Part shown: piece by piece, positions 42,859 to 51,245 of the stretch
Layout: every line of letters starts with the position of its first letter
Numbering within the stretch: position 1 is the stretch's first letter
DNA from: Eubacteriaceae bacterium
Lineage (GTDB): Bacteria; Bacillota; Clostridia; Eubacteriales; Eubacteriaceae
Assembly (NCBI GenBank): GCA_028705955.1
Contig: JAQWCN010000001.1
Span: 5,247 to 56,491, forward strand
Direction: 5' to 3'
Length of the DNA stretch: 51,245 nucleotides
The notes under the pieces: generated by a model
Database searches by the model: none
What the model was told of the DNA's origin: nothing
The model's input: only the letters and a program-made list of their open reading frames with translations
Program-made: the position numbers and the translations under genes

Positions 42859-44280
42859 TTACTTGTCAGAGGTTTCGTCGGATTCTTTGATATGGGAATC
42901 CATATAAACGCCCCGGGAAGCGTCACCTTTGGGGTGAGCCCCAAATTCATAATCATTTCCGGGAAGCACTGCGTTAAGAAAGATTCCGGCAATTGATGCG
43001 ATGGCCAGGGCCGTCAGCGTGATGGTGGCGCCGCCAATGGAAAAAGTGATGCCGTCGGCAAAACCCAAACCGGAGACCAGAATGACTGCGGCGATGATTA
43101 AGTTGCGGGAGTTGGTAAAATCCACCTGATTTTCCACCACGTTGCGCATCCCGATGGCAGAGATCATGCCGTAAAGGATAAAGGAGACGCCGCCGATAAT
43201 GGAAGCCGGCAGGGAGGAGATGATCATGGCAAACTTGGGAACAAAGGACAAGATAATGGCATAAACGGCCGCGAGACGGATAATCCGGGGATCGTACACG
43301 TGGGAGAGTTCCAGAACACCGGTGTTTTCCCCATAGGTGGTATTGGCAGGACCGCCGATTAGAGCGGAAAGAGAAGTGGCCAGTCCATCCCCGATTAAGG
43401 TGCGGTGCAGACCGGGATCTTCGAGAAAGTTTTGCCCGACAGTGGCGGAGATGGCGGAAATGTCCCCGATGTGTTCCATCATGGTGGCGATAGCGATGGG
43501 AGCCATGACCAGAATGGCCGTCGTATCAAATTTACACCATTCGAAAGGGGGAATGCCGACCCAGGCGCTGGAGGAAACTTGAGTAAAATTTAGGATAGCT
43601 GAGCCATCGGGATTGGTAAAGCCCATTTTAAACAGGATAAAGGCGACGCCGTAAGAAATAAAAATTCCCAGAAGAATGGGAATAATTTTAAACATGCCTT
43701 TTCCCCAGATATTAAAAATAATAATAACGGCCAGGGCAACCAGGGCGATGGGCCAGTTGGTAGAAGCGTTGGTGACTGCGGAACCCGCCAGCGAAAGCCC
43801 GATGAGAATGATGATGGGGCCGGTGACGACCGGGGGTAAAAACCGCATAACCTTTTTAATGCCGACAAAACGGATCACCAGGGCTAAAACCAGATATAAA
43901 GCGCCGGCCACAACGATCCCGCCACAGGCGTAGGGCAGTTTTTCTGCGTAACTCATGTTGGCAAAAATGCCGGATTTCAGATTGGCGACAGTGGCAAATC
44001 CTCCGAGAAAGGCAAAAGATGAGCCGAGAAAAGCCGGAACCTTAAATTTGGAACAGACATGGAAAAACAGGGTGCCCATGCCGGCGCAAAAAAGGGTTAC
44101 CTGTACCGTCAATCCCCGGGTGAGTTCTCCGCCAAAATAGGAGTTGACCAGGATGGGAACCAAAATGGTTGCGCCGAACATGGCGAACATGTGCTGAAGT
44201 CCCAAAATCATCATTTTGGGTTTGCCCAGACTCCGGGCATCCCGGATCGCACGGGGTTTGGAAACAGAATTGTTTTTCAA
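42859..44280 (-). CDS. uraA: NCS2-family uracil/xanthine permease
   Basis: Typical blocks are present (LGLQHMFAMFGATILVPILV...; GENTGVLELS...). A TTG start follows SD AGAGGTG. A hydrophilic C-terminal tail of about 40 aa follows the last TM. Confidence 0.85.
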   Translation of the reverse strand: MKNNSVSKPRAIRDARSLGKPKMMILGLQHMFAMFGATILVPILVNSYFGGELTRGLTVQVTLFCAGMGTLFFHVCSKFKVPAFLGSSFAFLGGFATVANLKSGIFANMSYAEKLPYACGGIVVAGALYLVLALVIRFVGIKKVMRFLPPVVTGPIIILIGLSLAGSAVTNASTNWPIALVALAVIIIFNIWGKGMFKIIPILLGIFISYGVAFILFKMGFTNPDGSAILNFTQVSSSAWVGIPPFEWCKFDTTAILVMAPIAIATMMEHIGDISAISATVGQNFLEDPGLHRTLIGDGLATSLSALIGGPANTTYGENTGVLELSHVYDPRIIRLAAVYAIILSFVPKFAMIISSLPASIIGGVSFILYGMISAIGMRNVVENQVDFTNSRNLIIAAVILVSGLGFADGITFSIGGATITLTALAIASIAGIFLNAVLPGNDYEFGAHPKGDASRGVYMDSHIKESDETSDK

Positions 44281-44433
44281 TTAATACACCTCTTCTTTTC
44301 ATACTGGTTTTGATTATAGTATAAAAGCGAAGCGGCGTCCATGATCAATCTCAAAAAATCCAGAGGCAGATCGGCGACGGCGTTTCTTACGGTTAAGGGC
44401 ATCGCTTATCGAATGGTGACGCGGGAGAATCAA

Positions 44434-44462
44434 AGGACAGTTTCCAATAAAAATGGTATAAT
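44434..44462 (+). promoter_or_regulatory. Extended -10 promoter of the HD-HD gene
   Basis: AGGACA, a 17-nt spacer, then TGgTATAAT. Confidence 0.55.
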
Positions 44463-44496
44463 AATCTAAAAGAAAAATGAAAAGGAGACCTTGCAT

Positions 44497-45870
44497 ATGA
44501 AACGTCACGAAGCCATTGAATTTGCAGCCCGGGCCCATCTCGGCCAGATCAGAAAAGGATCGGATATCCCCTACATCAGTCACCCTTTTGAAGTCGCTCT
44601 GCTTCTGGATGAAGCCGGGGCGGATGACACGTTATTTATCGCCGGACTGCTCCACGATACATTGGAAGATACCAGTGTGACGCCGGAGGCCATTCGTGAA
44701 CGTTTTGGGGAGGAGGTTCTCACCCTGGTGCAAAACGCCTCGGAAGATAAATCCAAAACCTGGGAAGAACGCAAAACCCGGACCATCGACCGGCTGACAA
44801 AAACCCGGGACCGGCGAATCATGATGCTGGCCTGTGCGGATAAAGCAGCCAATTTGCGCAGCACCCGTTATAATTATGAAGAACACGGAGAAAAAGTGTG
44901 GGACCGGTTCAACCGGGGAAAGGATCAATTTAAATGGTACTACCACGGCGTGATCAAAGCACTGGCCGAACCGGAGCGCAAGGCAGAAGACCGGAGCCAA
45001 AACCGCAGGAACATCACTGAACTGCCGATGTACCATCAACTGACGGAAGATTTCAAACGGATCTTTGTCGCGTATTATATAAATAATGAAGAGACGGAAC
45101 TGATCAGTTATTATACCGATTGGAAAAACCGGTCGGTCAGGGTTTTAAAAAAGGATGAGGTTCAATCAGGCTGGCAGCCGGGCGAAACACGGGAGGTAAA
45201 ACAGGGTAAGCCGGTTAGTTTTGACGCAGCCAAAAAAATGGCAGGACAATGGCGGCAAAAAAGGAGAAAAGAAACCCTTCAAAACCGGCTGGATCAGCAA
45301 TTTGCTTTTATCCGGGAAATTGATAAGGAAAAATTCATTACCCGCCAGACCTATTTGAGCGATGGCGTTCGGAAAGAAAATGACGCGGAGCATGCCTGGC
45401 ACATGGCGGTAATGGCCGCGCTTCTTGGCGGGTATGCCAACACGGACATCGATCTTCAAAAGACCATGCTGATGCTCCTCACCCACGATTTGGTGGAAAT
45501 TGATGCCGGGGATACCTATGCTTATGACGAAGTGGGCAAAAAAACCCAGAGAGCCCGGGAGGAAAAGGCCGCCGACCGTCTTTACGCATTGCTTCCGGAA
45601 GATCAGGGAGTCTGGCTGCGGGACCTTTTTGAAGAATTTGATACCGGACAAACACCGGAAGCCTTATTCGCCAGGGCCCTGGACCGGATCCAGCCCACCA
45701 TGCTTAACGCAGCGACCGGCGGCAAAGGCTGGGAAGAACGGGGCGTGCGTTTGTCCCAGTGGATGGGGCGTAACACCCAGACCGAAGAAGGGTCCCGGGT
45801 GTTATGGGAATATGTTTTGTCGCATTTTGTCATGCCCTTTGTCCAAAGCGGAAAGTTAAAAAATGAATGA
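44497..45870 (+). CDS. Two-HD-domain fusion: SpoT/Mesh1-type (p)ppGpp-hydrolase-like HD domain plus YfbR-type HD 5'-nucleotidase-like domain
   Basis: The N-terminal domain reads AARAHLGQIRKGSDIPYISHPFEVALLLDEAGADDTLFIAGLLHDTLEDT. The C-terminal domain reads ENDAEHAWHMAVMAALL...LLTHDLVEIDAGDTYAYD. The ATG at 44497 follows SD AAGGAG. Confidence 0.75.
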   Translation: MKRHEAIEFAARAHLGQIRKGSDIPYISHPFEVALLLDEAGADDTLFIAGLLHDTLEDTSVTPEAIRERFGEEVLTLVQNASEDKSKTWEERKTRTIDRLTKTRDRRIMMLACADKAANLRSTRYNYEEHGEKVWDRFNRGKDQFKWYYHGVIKALAEPERKAEDRSQNRRNITELPMYHQLTEDFKRIFVAYYINNEETELISYYTDWKNRSVRVLKKDEVQSGWQPGETREVKQGKPVSFDAAKKMAGQWRQKRRKETLQNRLDQQFAFIREIDKEKFITRQTYLSDGVRKENDAEHAWHMAVMAALLGGYANTDIDLQKTMLMLLTHDLVEIDAGDTYAYDEVGKKTQRAREEKAADRLYALLPEDQGVWLRDLFEEFDTGQTPEALFARALDRIQPTMLNAATGGKGWEERGVRLSQWMGRNTQTEEGSRVLWEYVLSHFVMPFVQSGKLKNE

Positions 45871-45897
45871 GAATTTGAACATGGAGACAAATGGCTT

Positions 45898-46671
45898 TTA
45901 AATCACATGCTTGAGTAATGCCATCAACGGAACCATGATAAAATGCGGAATAAATTTGGCGGCGATGCGGTGAAGCAGGCAAACGGGCCCCGGGGTGGAG
46001 ACCCAGAGATTGAGATGACTGTCATTGAGAGCCAGCGCCGCCACGGTATGGGCCCGGTTGGCAAACAAAAAATGATGATAGCTCTTGGCATTGTGCTTTT
46101 GAGCCTTATGGATGAACTCGGTGTCTTTGATCCAATACGGACAAACCGCAGTAACGTGAATCCCCCGGGTCAGGAGTTCATGGTGTAAGGTTTTGGTGTA
46201 ACTTTGAAGAAAGGCCTTGGACGCGGCGTAAACCGCGAGATCTGGCATGGGCTGAAAGGCGGCGGTAGAACAGATTTCTATAATTTGACTGCCCTTTTGG
46301 GTATAGGGGAGACAAAGGGAAGTCACGGCCACAGCCGCCTTACAGTTGAGATCGATCATCGCGTTATTGTCGGCGGCAGAAAGGGTGGCGGCCCGGCCCA
46401 GACGGCCAAAACCGGCGGCGCAGATCACCATAGCGATGGTGGGTTGCTCAGAACGTATTAGCGCGGCCAGGTGGTTGTAACTTGCAGGATCTGTCAGATC
46501 GAGGGAAAGAGGCCGGATGGGAACAATGGACATTTGTTGCAGAGCTTTAAGGCGTTCAGTTCTCCGGGCAATCGCCCATATTGCATCAACTTTTTGAGTA
46601 TTTTTTCCAATGATCTGGACGAATTCCCGGCCAAGGCCGCTGGAGGCTCCGGTAATGACAGCAATCTTCAT
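45898..46671 (-). CDS. Short-chain dehydrogenase/reductase (SDR)
   Basis: The Rossmann motif MKIAVITGASSGLGREF is present, with the catalytic YAASK. Confidence 0.85.
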   Translation of the reverse strand: MKIAVITGASSGLGREFVQIIGKNTQKVDAIWAIARRTERLKALQQMSIVPIRPLSLDLTDPASYNHLAALIRSEQPTIAMVICAAGFGRLGRAATLSAADNNAMIDLNCKAAVAVTSLCLPYTQKGSQIIEICSTAAFQPMPDLAVYAASKAFLQSYTKTLHHELLTRGIHVTAVCPYWIKDTEFIHKAQKHNAKSYHHFLFANRAHTVAALALNDSHLNLWVSTPGPVCLLHRIAAKFIPHFIMVPLMALLKHVI

Positions 46672-46851
46672 GCTTTTCTCCTTTTCTTTTTAGCATACGC
46701 TTTTTTTCTTTATATCGCGTTTTAAATGAAGTGTCAATTGCAATTTTCTTTCATTTACAACCTCGCTGAAAACCTGAATTGCACTTGTGTTAAAAGATTT
46801 CATATGATATTATAACATCATTGGAAAATTTATACAGAGGGTGGGGAATGT

Positions 46852-48099
46852 ATGCCAATGAAAAATCCGAAAGAAGCGATGGCGCCGGCCACACAATCAT
46901 CCGGCTATTCAGAAGCATTTAAAACGATGCCTTGCGCAGTCGTTATTTTTGAAAAAGATGGCCGGGACTGGGAACCAGTCTATCGCAATCTAAAATATCA
47001 ACGCATGTTTGACTATGCCAATGCCATGGAAGCGGCACTAAAGGACGATGTGTTCGGTTGGGTTCACCCCAATGACAGAAAAAACATTGAAATCATGACC
47101 GAAAAAAGTAAAGAGGGCATCCCGGGACAACAGGTATGCCGCCTTAAACGCAAGGACGATGTCATTTGTTGGGTGGTTGCTTTTAGCTGGCGGCTTGAGA
47201 GTCCGGGGCAAACCGGGGCAGTTGTTTTGGCGTTTAGTGAATTTGCATCGGTTCCCGGACATGAAAAACTGATCGCACTTCAGGAACAACGGTACCGGAC
47301 CATTGCAGAGAATATCAATTCGGTGAGTTTTGACTATGATGTCATTCAGGACCGGTTGTTTTACATTGTCAGACGGGAAGGGCAAGCGCCGGAAGAAAAA
47401 ATTATTGAGCAGTACCTTCAAAATTTAACAAAGAGTAAAATGGTTCATTCCAGCACCTGCCGGGAATACCGCAATGCACTGCTAGGTAAACGCAATGTCG
47501 ACTATGTCGATTTCCTTTGCCGGTTTGCAGACGGCCAGTATCACTGGTGCCGGGCCCATTACCGGGCAGTGTACGTTGGGGAAAATAAAGATTTTCATAC
47601 CGTGGGCCGGGTGGTCATTACCACAGACGAATTGCATCAGGAAGTCCGGATTCAAATGGACAAAGTGACCGGAACCCTGGACCGGGCAGCGGCCGACATG
47701 ACCATCGAATTGGTCCTCAAGGATCAAATAATGGTGGGAAGCCGGGCCATTGTGTTATTCAAGCTTCAGGGCTTATCAGAAATCGACGAGGTCATGGGGA
47801 CAGAAACCGGCAATCTGGTCCTGCGGAACGTGGGCAGCTTGATCGCTGAAAATCTCCGGGGCAATGATGTCATTGGCCGGTTTTCCGGAAGCATTTTTGT
47901 GGCACTGATTCGCAACGCGGGCAGTCGTCAGGCTGTTTTAGACATGATAGCCCGGGTTCAGGACGCGGTGGGGGGTCTGATGGGAACGATTCGTTTGGAA
48001 GTCCCCATCAATCTGTTGGCCGGCATTGCCTTGATGCCGGAAGATGCCACGGATTATAAATCCCTGGTGGCCGTGGCCTCCAGTCAGATCGGCGAATAA
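46852..48099 (+). CDS. PAS-domain protein with degenerate GGDEF domain (I-site RGND retained, active site SGSIF)
   Basis: Two PAS-like blocks are present (VVIFEKDGRDWEPVYRNLKYQRMF...; ...FDYDVIQDRLFY...YHWCRAHY). The GGDEF fold ends ...LRGNDVIGRFSGSIFVALI. Confidence 0.7.
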   Translation: MPMKNPKEAMAPATQSSGYSEAFKTMPCAVVIFEKDGRDWEPVYRNLKYQRMFDYANAMEAALKDDVFGWVHPNDRKNIEIMTEKSKEGIPGQQVCRLKRKDDVICWVVAFSWRLESPGQTGAVVLAFSEFASVPGHEKLIALQEQRYRTIAENINSVSFDYDVIQDRLFYIVRREGQAPEEKIIEQYLQNLTKSKMVHSSTCREYRNALLGKRNVDYVDFLCRFADGQYHWCRAHYRAVYVGENKDFHTVGRVVITTDELHQEVRIQMDKVTGTLDRAAADMTIELVLKDQIMVGSRAIVLFKLQGLSEIDEVMGTETGNLVLRNVGSLIAENLRGNDVIGRFSGSIFVALIRNAGSRQAVLDMIARVQDAVGGLMGTIRLEVPINLLAGIALMPEDATDYKSLVAVASSQIGE

Positions 48100-48137
48100 A
48101 GCCGGATTCGCAGAGCAACAGTGGGGTTTACCTTGAT

Positions 48138-48166
48138 TTGACCGGATCCGTGAGTTGTGATAATAT
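48138..48166 (+). promoter_or_regulatory. SigA-type promoter upstream of nfo
   Basis: TTGACC, a 17-nt spacer, then TAATAT. Confidence 0.55.
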
Positions 48167-48183
48167 AGAATCATTCTAAAATG

Positions 48184-48217
48184 ACAGCGTCCGTGTCACA
48201 GAGGATGCTGTTTTTTT
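48184..48217 (+). terminator. Intrinsic terminator-like hairpin inside the nfo leader
   Basis: ACAGCGTCC-gtgtcacaga-GGATGCTGT forms a 9-bp stem with one G-U pair, followed by T7. It lies between the 48138 promoter and the nfo SD. Confidence 0.55.
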
Positions 48218-48246
48218 CGTATAAGCATGAAACAGGGAGGAAAACA

Positions 48247-49092
48247 ATGACATTAACGATTGGGCCCCATGTTTCCATCGCCCGGGGATATACCCAGGCG
48301 GGAAAAGATGCCGTATCGGTGGGAGCCAACACTTTTCAGTTTTTTACAAGAAATCCCCGGGGCGGGTCGGTCAAGGCACTGGATCCAAAAGATGTGGAAG
48401 GGCTGCGGCAAATCATGACAGCCCACGCTTTCGGACCGCTTCTGGCCCATGCTCCCTATACCCTTAACATGGCCTCGGCCACCGAAAAGACAAGGGATTT
48501 TGCAAGACAGGCGTTTCGGGAGGATCTGAAGCGGCTGGAACAACTGCCTTGCAGCTTGTACAACTTTCATCCGGGCAGTCATGTGGGCCAGGGATCAGAG
48601 ACGGGCATCCATCTGATTTTGGATATTTTAAATTCCCAGATGTGGGAAGAGCAACAGACGACCGTTCTGCTGGAGGCCATGGCCGGCAAAGGCAGCGAAG
48701 TGGGGCGAAATTTTGGAGAACTGGCCGCCATTATTGGAGGCGCCCGGTTTCCTGAACACGTGGGCGTTTGTCTGGACACCTGTCATCTTTTTTCGGCGGG
48801 ATACGATATCGCAGGCGATCTTGATGGGGTCCTTGAAGACTTTGACCGCCAGGTGGGACTGGATAAACTCAAAGCCCTGCATCTGAATGACAGCATGACA
48901 CCCTTTGAAAGCCACAAGGACCGCCATGAAAAACTGGGACAGGGCAGTATTGGGATGGAAGCCTTTCAAGCCATCGTGACCCATCCGGCACTGGCTGGAA
49001 AACCCTTTTTTCTGGAGACGCCCCAGAAAGCATTTGGGGATTATGCCCTGGAAATTCAAAAGCTCAGGGACTTTTCAAAGAACACGGTTTAA
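48247..49092 (+). CDS. nfo: Endonuclease IV (deoxyribonuclease IV)
   Basis: The sequence reads MTLTIGPHVSIARGY...GANTFQFFTRNPRGG...YNFHPGSH...VCLDTCHLF...LHLNDS. The start is placed at 48247, which has SD GGGAGGAA. Confidence 0.9.
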   Translation: MTLTIGPHVSIARGYTQAGKDAVSVGANTFQFFTRNPRGGSVKALDPKDVEGLRQIMTAHAFGPLLAHAPYTLNMASATEKTRDFARQAFREDLKRLEQLPCSLYNFHPGSHVGQGSETGIHLILDILNSQMWEEQQTTVLLEAMAGKGSEVGRNFGELAAIIGGARFPEHVGVCLDTCHLFSAGYDIAGDLDGVLEDFDRQVGLDKLKALHLNDSMTPFESHKDRHEKLGQGSIGMEAFQAIVTHPALAGKPFFLETPQKAFGDYALEIQKLRDFSKNTV

Positions 49093-49108
49093 GGGTGAGG
49101 GAAAAGCC

Positions 49109-49137
49109 TTGACAGATGGAGACCAGGGTGTTATACT
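49109..49137 (+). promoter_or_regulatory. SigA-type promoter of the CDF transporter gene
   Basis: TTGACA, a 17-nt spacer, then TATACT. Confidence 0.65.
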
Positions 49138-49168
49138 GGATAGAATTTATTAAAATGGAAGTGATGGT

Positions 49169-50140
49169 ATGCAACAGGAAAAATTAAAAAGGAAAAAGAA
49201 AGATCAGCAGACTGCGGATGAAGGCCAACTGGGTCATAACGCGGCGATGATCAAAGCCAACCATAAGGTGGCCATGCACGTTTCCACGGTATCCATTATC
49301 GTGAACGTGTTATTGTCGGCCTTTAAATTTATAGCCGGGATTTTGGCCAATTCGGGCGCCATGATTTCCGATGCTGTTCACTCGGCATCAGACGTCCTCT
49401 CCACTTTTGTGGTTATTATTGGAGTCAATATTTCCAACAAAGCCAAGGATGCAAAGCATCCCTACGGTCACGACCGGATGGAATGCGTGGCAGCCATGTT
49501 GTTGGCGGCGATCCTAATGGTGACCGGGGTTCTTATCGGATGGAACGGAATCAATAAAATTATCAATATCAACACGACCCCCATTGCCCAGCCGGGGATT
49601 TTGGCTCTGGTGGCGGCAGTTGTATCCATTGTCGCTAAAGAATGGATGTATTGGTACACCAAGGGCGCGGCAAAAAGGATCAATTCGTCGGCATTGATGG
49701 CCGATGCCTGGCATCACCGCTCCGATGCCCTGTCTTCCATTGGCTCGCTGATCGGGATTGGCGGAGCCAGACTGGGCTTTCCAATTATGGATCCTCTGGC
49801 GGCAGTGGTCATTGCGATCCTCATCGTGAAAGTGGCCTATAATATAGGAAGAGATAGCATTAATAAAATGCTGGATTCCTCGGTGGATGAAAAAACAGCC
49901 GATGATATTCGGGAGAGAGTCCTTTCCCATGAAAAAATATTGGGTGTGGATGATTTGAGAACCCGAACCTTTGGTTCCAGTTTTTATGTGGATCTGGAAA
50001 TTGCCATGGATGGTGAAATGAAGCTGAAGGATGCCCATGCCGTGGCGGAGGATGTTCACGATCAATTAGAGGCGGCGTATCCAACCCTTAAACATTGCAT
50101 GATTCATGTGAATCCCTATGGGGTTGGCAAGCACGAATAA
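49169..50140 (+). CDS. Cation diffusion facilitator (CDF) family metal efflux transporter
   Basis: Motifs ...SGAMISDAVHSASDVLS... and ADAWHHRSDALSS are present. The C-terminal cytoplasmic domain reads VDDLRTRTFGSSFYVDLEI. Confidence 0.85.
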   Translation: MQQEKLKRKKKDQQTADEGQLGHNAAMIKANHKVAMHVSTVSIIVNVLLSAFKFIAGILANSGAMISDAVHSASDVLSTFVVIIGVNISNKAKDAKHPYGHDRMECVAAMLLAAILMVTGVLIGWNGINKIININTTPIAQPGILALVAAVVSIVAKEWMYWYTKGAAKRINSSALMADAWHHRSDALSSIGSLIGIGGARLGFPIMDPLAAVVIAILIVKVAYNIGRDSINKMLDSSVDEKTADDIRERVLSHEKILGVDDLRTRTFGSSFYVDLEIAMDGEMKLKDAHAVAEDVHDQLEAAYPTLKHCMIHVNPYGVGKHE

Positions 50141-50285
50141 ATGTGAAATAAGCGTAACAATTGTAAAACTTAAGTAAAGAATAAGAAAAAAATTTTTTAA
50201 CTTGCAAAAAGCAAATAATAAGTCTAATGTAGAGGGCAAGGTAAAACCTTCATCCTTGAGATGAGTAAATTTGGAGGTGTATTTT

Positions 50286-50492
50286 ATGAAGGAATACCAA
50301 TGTCCATTGTGTGGTTATTCATATGATCCAGCAGCTGGGGATCCGGAAAACGGCGTTGCCCCAGGTACCGCTTTTGAAAACTTGCCAGATTCATGGTACT
50401 GTCCGGCGTGTGGAATCGGTTTGGAGCAATATAAAAGTGGACGGAAAAAATCAGCTTTTGGTGCAGAAAGTATGGCTGCGATTATTGGATAA
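50286..50492 (+). CDS. Rubredoxin with short C-terminal extension
   Basis: The sequence MKEYQCPLCGYSYDPAAGDPENGVAPGTAFENLPDSWYCPACG has two CxxC pairs. SD GGAGGTG lies upstream. Confidence 0.85.
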   Translation: MKEYQCPLCGYSYDPAAGDPENGVAPGTAFENLPDSWYCPACGIGLEQYKSGRKKSAFGAESMAAIIG

Positions 50493-50509
50493 AATTTTGT
50501 AGTGACGAG

Positions 50510-50547
50510 CATCTGGTCTTTGATTTTCAGAGACCGGATGTTTTTTT
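50510..50547 (+). terminator. Intrinsic terminator after rubredoxin
   Basis: CATCTGGTCT...AGACCGGATG hairpin followed by TTTTTTT. Confidence 0.7.
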
Positions 50548-50759
50548 ATTCCCGACAATGGAGCAGATATGTCAAAAAGGGACAATAATGATCCAATGCG
50601 GAGAAACGCCGGAAACAAGGGATTTACGACCAATAATTGGTAAAAAACCAGGCAGCAGGTTTTTGTGCAAACGGGAAAACACTTGAATAAAAACGAAAAC
50701 ACTGTTAAAATATTGTCAGTATTAAAAGATTACAACGCAGCAAGAAGGAGGGTAAAATT

Positions 50760-51155
50760 TTGTCCAATGGATTTGTTGTTGCAATGGGAATGGGGACGGT
50801 TTTTATCGGACTGATCTGTCTGGTCTTTTTGTGTAAGATCATGGATGCCGTGGTGCGGCACTTTGATCACTCAAAGCCAAAGGAGATGAACCATTCGGAA
50901 AGCGTACCGGATTCGGCCGGAAGGCCGGCTGTCACCGCCAATCGGGGGGAATGGATGGCGGCGGTATCTGCTGCTTTGGCGGAAGAAAACGGAACCGATG
51001 TATCCGGAATTAAGATTGTTTCCATGAAGAAAATTTCCGAAGGAAGCAAAAGGGCAAATGGTGCCGTCAAAGCCGCGGTTGCTGCTGCTTTGGCGGAAGA
51101 GCTTGGAACCGGAGTGGCGGGATTGCGGATCGTTTCGTTTAAACGCTGCGATTAA
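50760..51155 (+). CDS. OadG-family small membrane subunit of a Na+-translocating decarboxylase
   Basis: A TTG start lies 7 nt after SD AAGGAGG. The N-terminal TM reads GFVVAMGMGTVFIGLICLVFLCKI. The C-terminus carries AAxAAALAEE repeats typical of OadG-like proteins. Confidence 0.7.
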   Translation: MSNGFVVAMGMGTVFIGLICLVFLCKIMDAVVRHFDHSKPKEMNHSESVPDSAGRPAVTANRGEWMAAVSAALAEENGTDVSGIKIVSMKKISEGSKRANGAVKAAVAAALAEELGTGVAGLRIVSFKRCD

Positions 51156-51198
51156 AAATGTTTTGGGTTGAAGGTAAAACGTTGAGGAGGATGTTATT

Positions 51199-51245
51199 AT
51201 GAAAAAATATCGTGTGATTGTCAATGGGACGACTTATGAGGTCGG
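51199..51245 (+). CDS. Biotinyl/lipoyl-carrier subunit of the decarboxylase (3' end cut by window edge)
   Basis: MKKYRVIVNGTTYEV is a typical N-terminus for a biotin carboxyl carrier subunit. SD GAGGAGG lies upstream. Only 15 codons are visible. Confidence 0.5.
   Translation, partial: MKKYRVIVNGTTYEV

Noticed and set aside
44355-44375. PyrR-binding-loop-like sequence AAUCCAGAGGCAGAU near the uracil permease gene
   Set aside because: It reads this way only on the plus strand, whereas the permease is on the minus strand. It also lies upstream of the plus-strand HD-HD promoter (44434-44462), so it would not be in either mRNA. In addition, it deviates from the UCCAGAGAGG core.

Overview
This 51-kb chromosomal window is from a Firmicutes/Clostridia-type anaerobe, judged by about 50% GC, strong GGAGG Shine-Dalgarno sites, SigA-type promoters, and Na+-decarboxylase, rubredoxin and PilT/TasA-like genes. 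I saw no rRNA, tRNA, CRISPR array, transposase or integrase. Housekeeping blocks include SulP, ppx-ppk1-ppx, xth, an FGGY kinase, hflX-yigZ, a P-type ATPase, a MATE exporter, a GNAT acetyltransferase, glyA, citrate synthase with a MarR regulator, a uracil permease, nfo, a CDF transporter, rubredoxin and OadG. Between them lies a roughly 13-kb cell-surface region (9.7-22.7 kb) with four parts. (1) An atypical type-IV-pilus/ComG-like operon has only a PilT-type ATPase and starts with a transglutaminase-like lipoprotein. (2) A divergent operon encodes a TasA/BsaA-like protein and two surface proteins. (3) A SARP/BTAD regulator is fused to a degenerate GGDEF domain that keeps its RxxD I-site. (4) A 1175-aa fibro-slime/PA14 adhesin follows. 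The TasA-like operon and the adhesin gene share the same promoter layout: GTGTGAC direct repeats 11 bp apart, ending 10 bp before the -10 hexamer. This predicts a regulon for the SARP regulator. The strongest novelty candidate is not in the ORF track. At 22.97-23.54 kb on the minus strand sits a self-contained transcription unit with a near-consensus promoter and a terminator. It carries three tandem paralogous genes for 26-27-aa coiled-coil micropeptides, each with its own SD. Other observations:
- A JAB/MPN domain is fused to HflX.
- A SpoT-type HD domain is fused to a YfbR-type HD domain.
- A second GGDEF protein is degenerate but keeps its I-site.
- A 14-bp operator flanks marR on both sides.
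- An FtsX permease is frameshifted at an A8 run, and its operon lacks an ATPase gene.
- A sortase-signal metalloprotease lacks any signal peptide.
- The glyA and nfo leaders contain structured elements.
All family calls come from reading motifs in the translations; no database searches were run.
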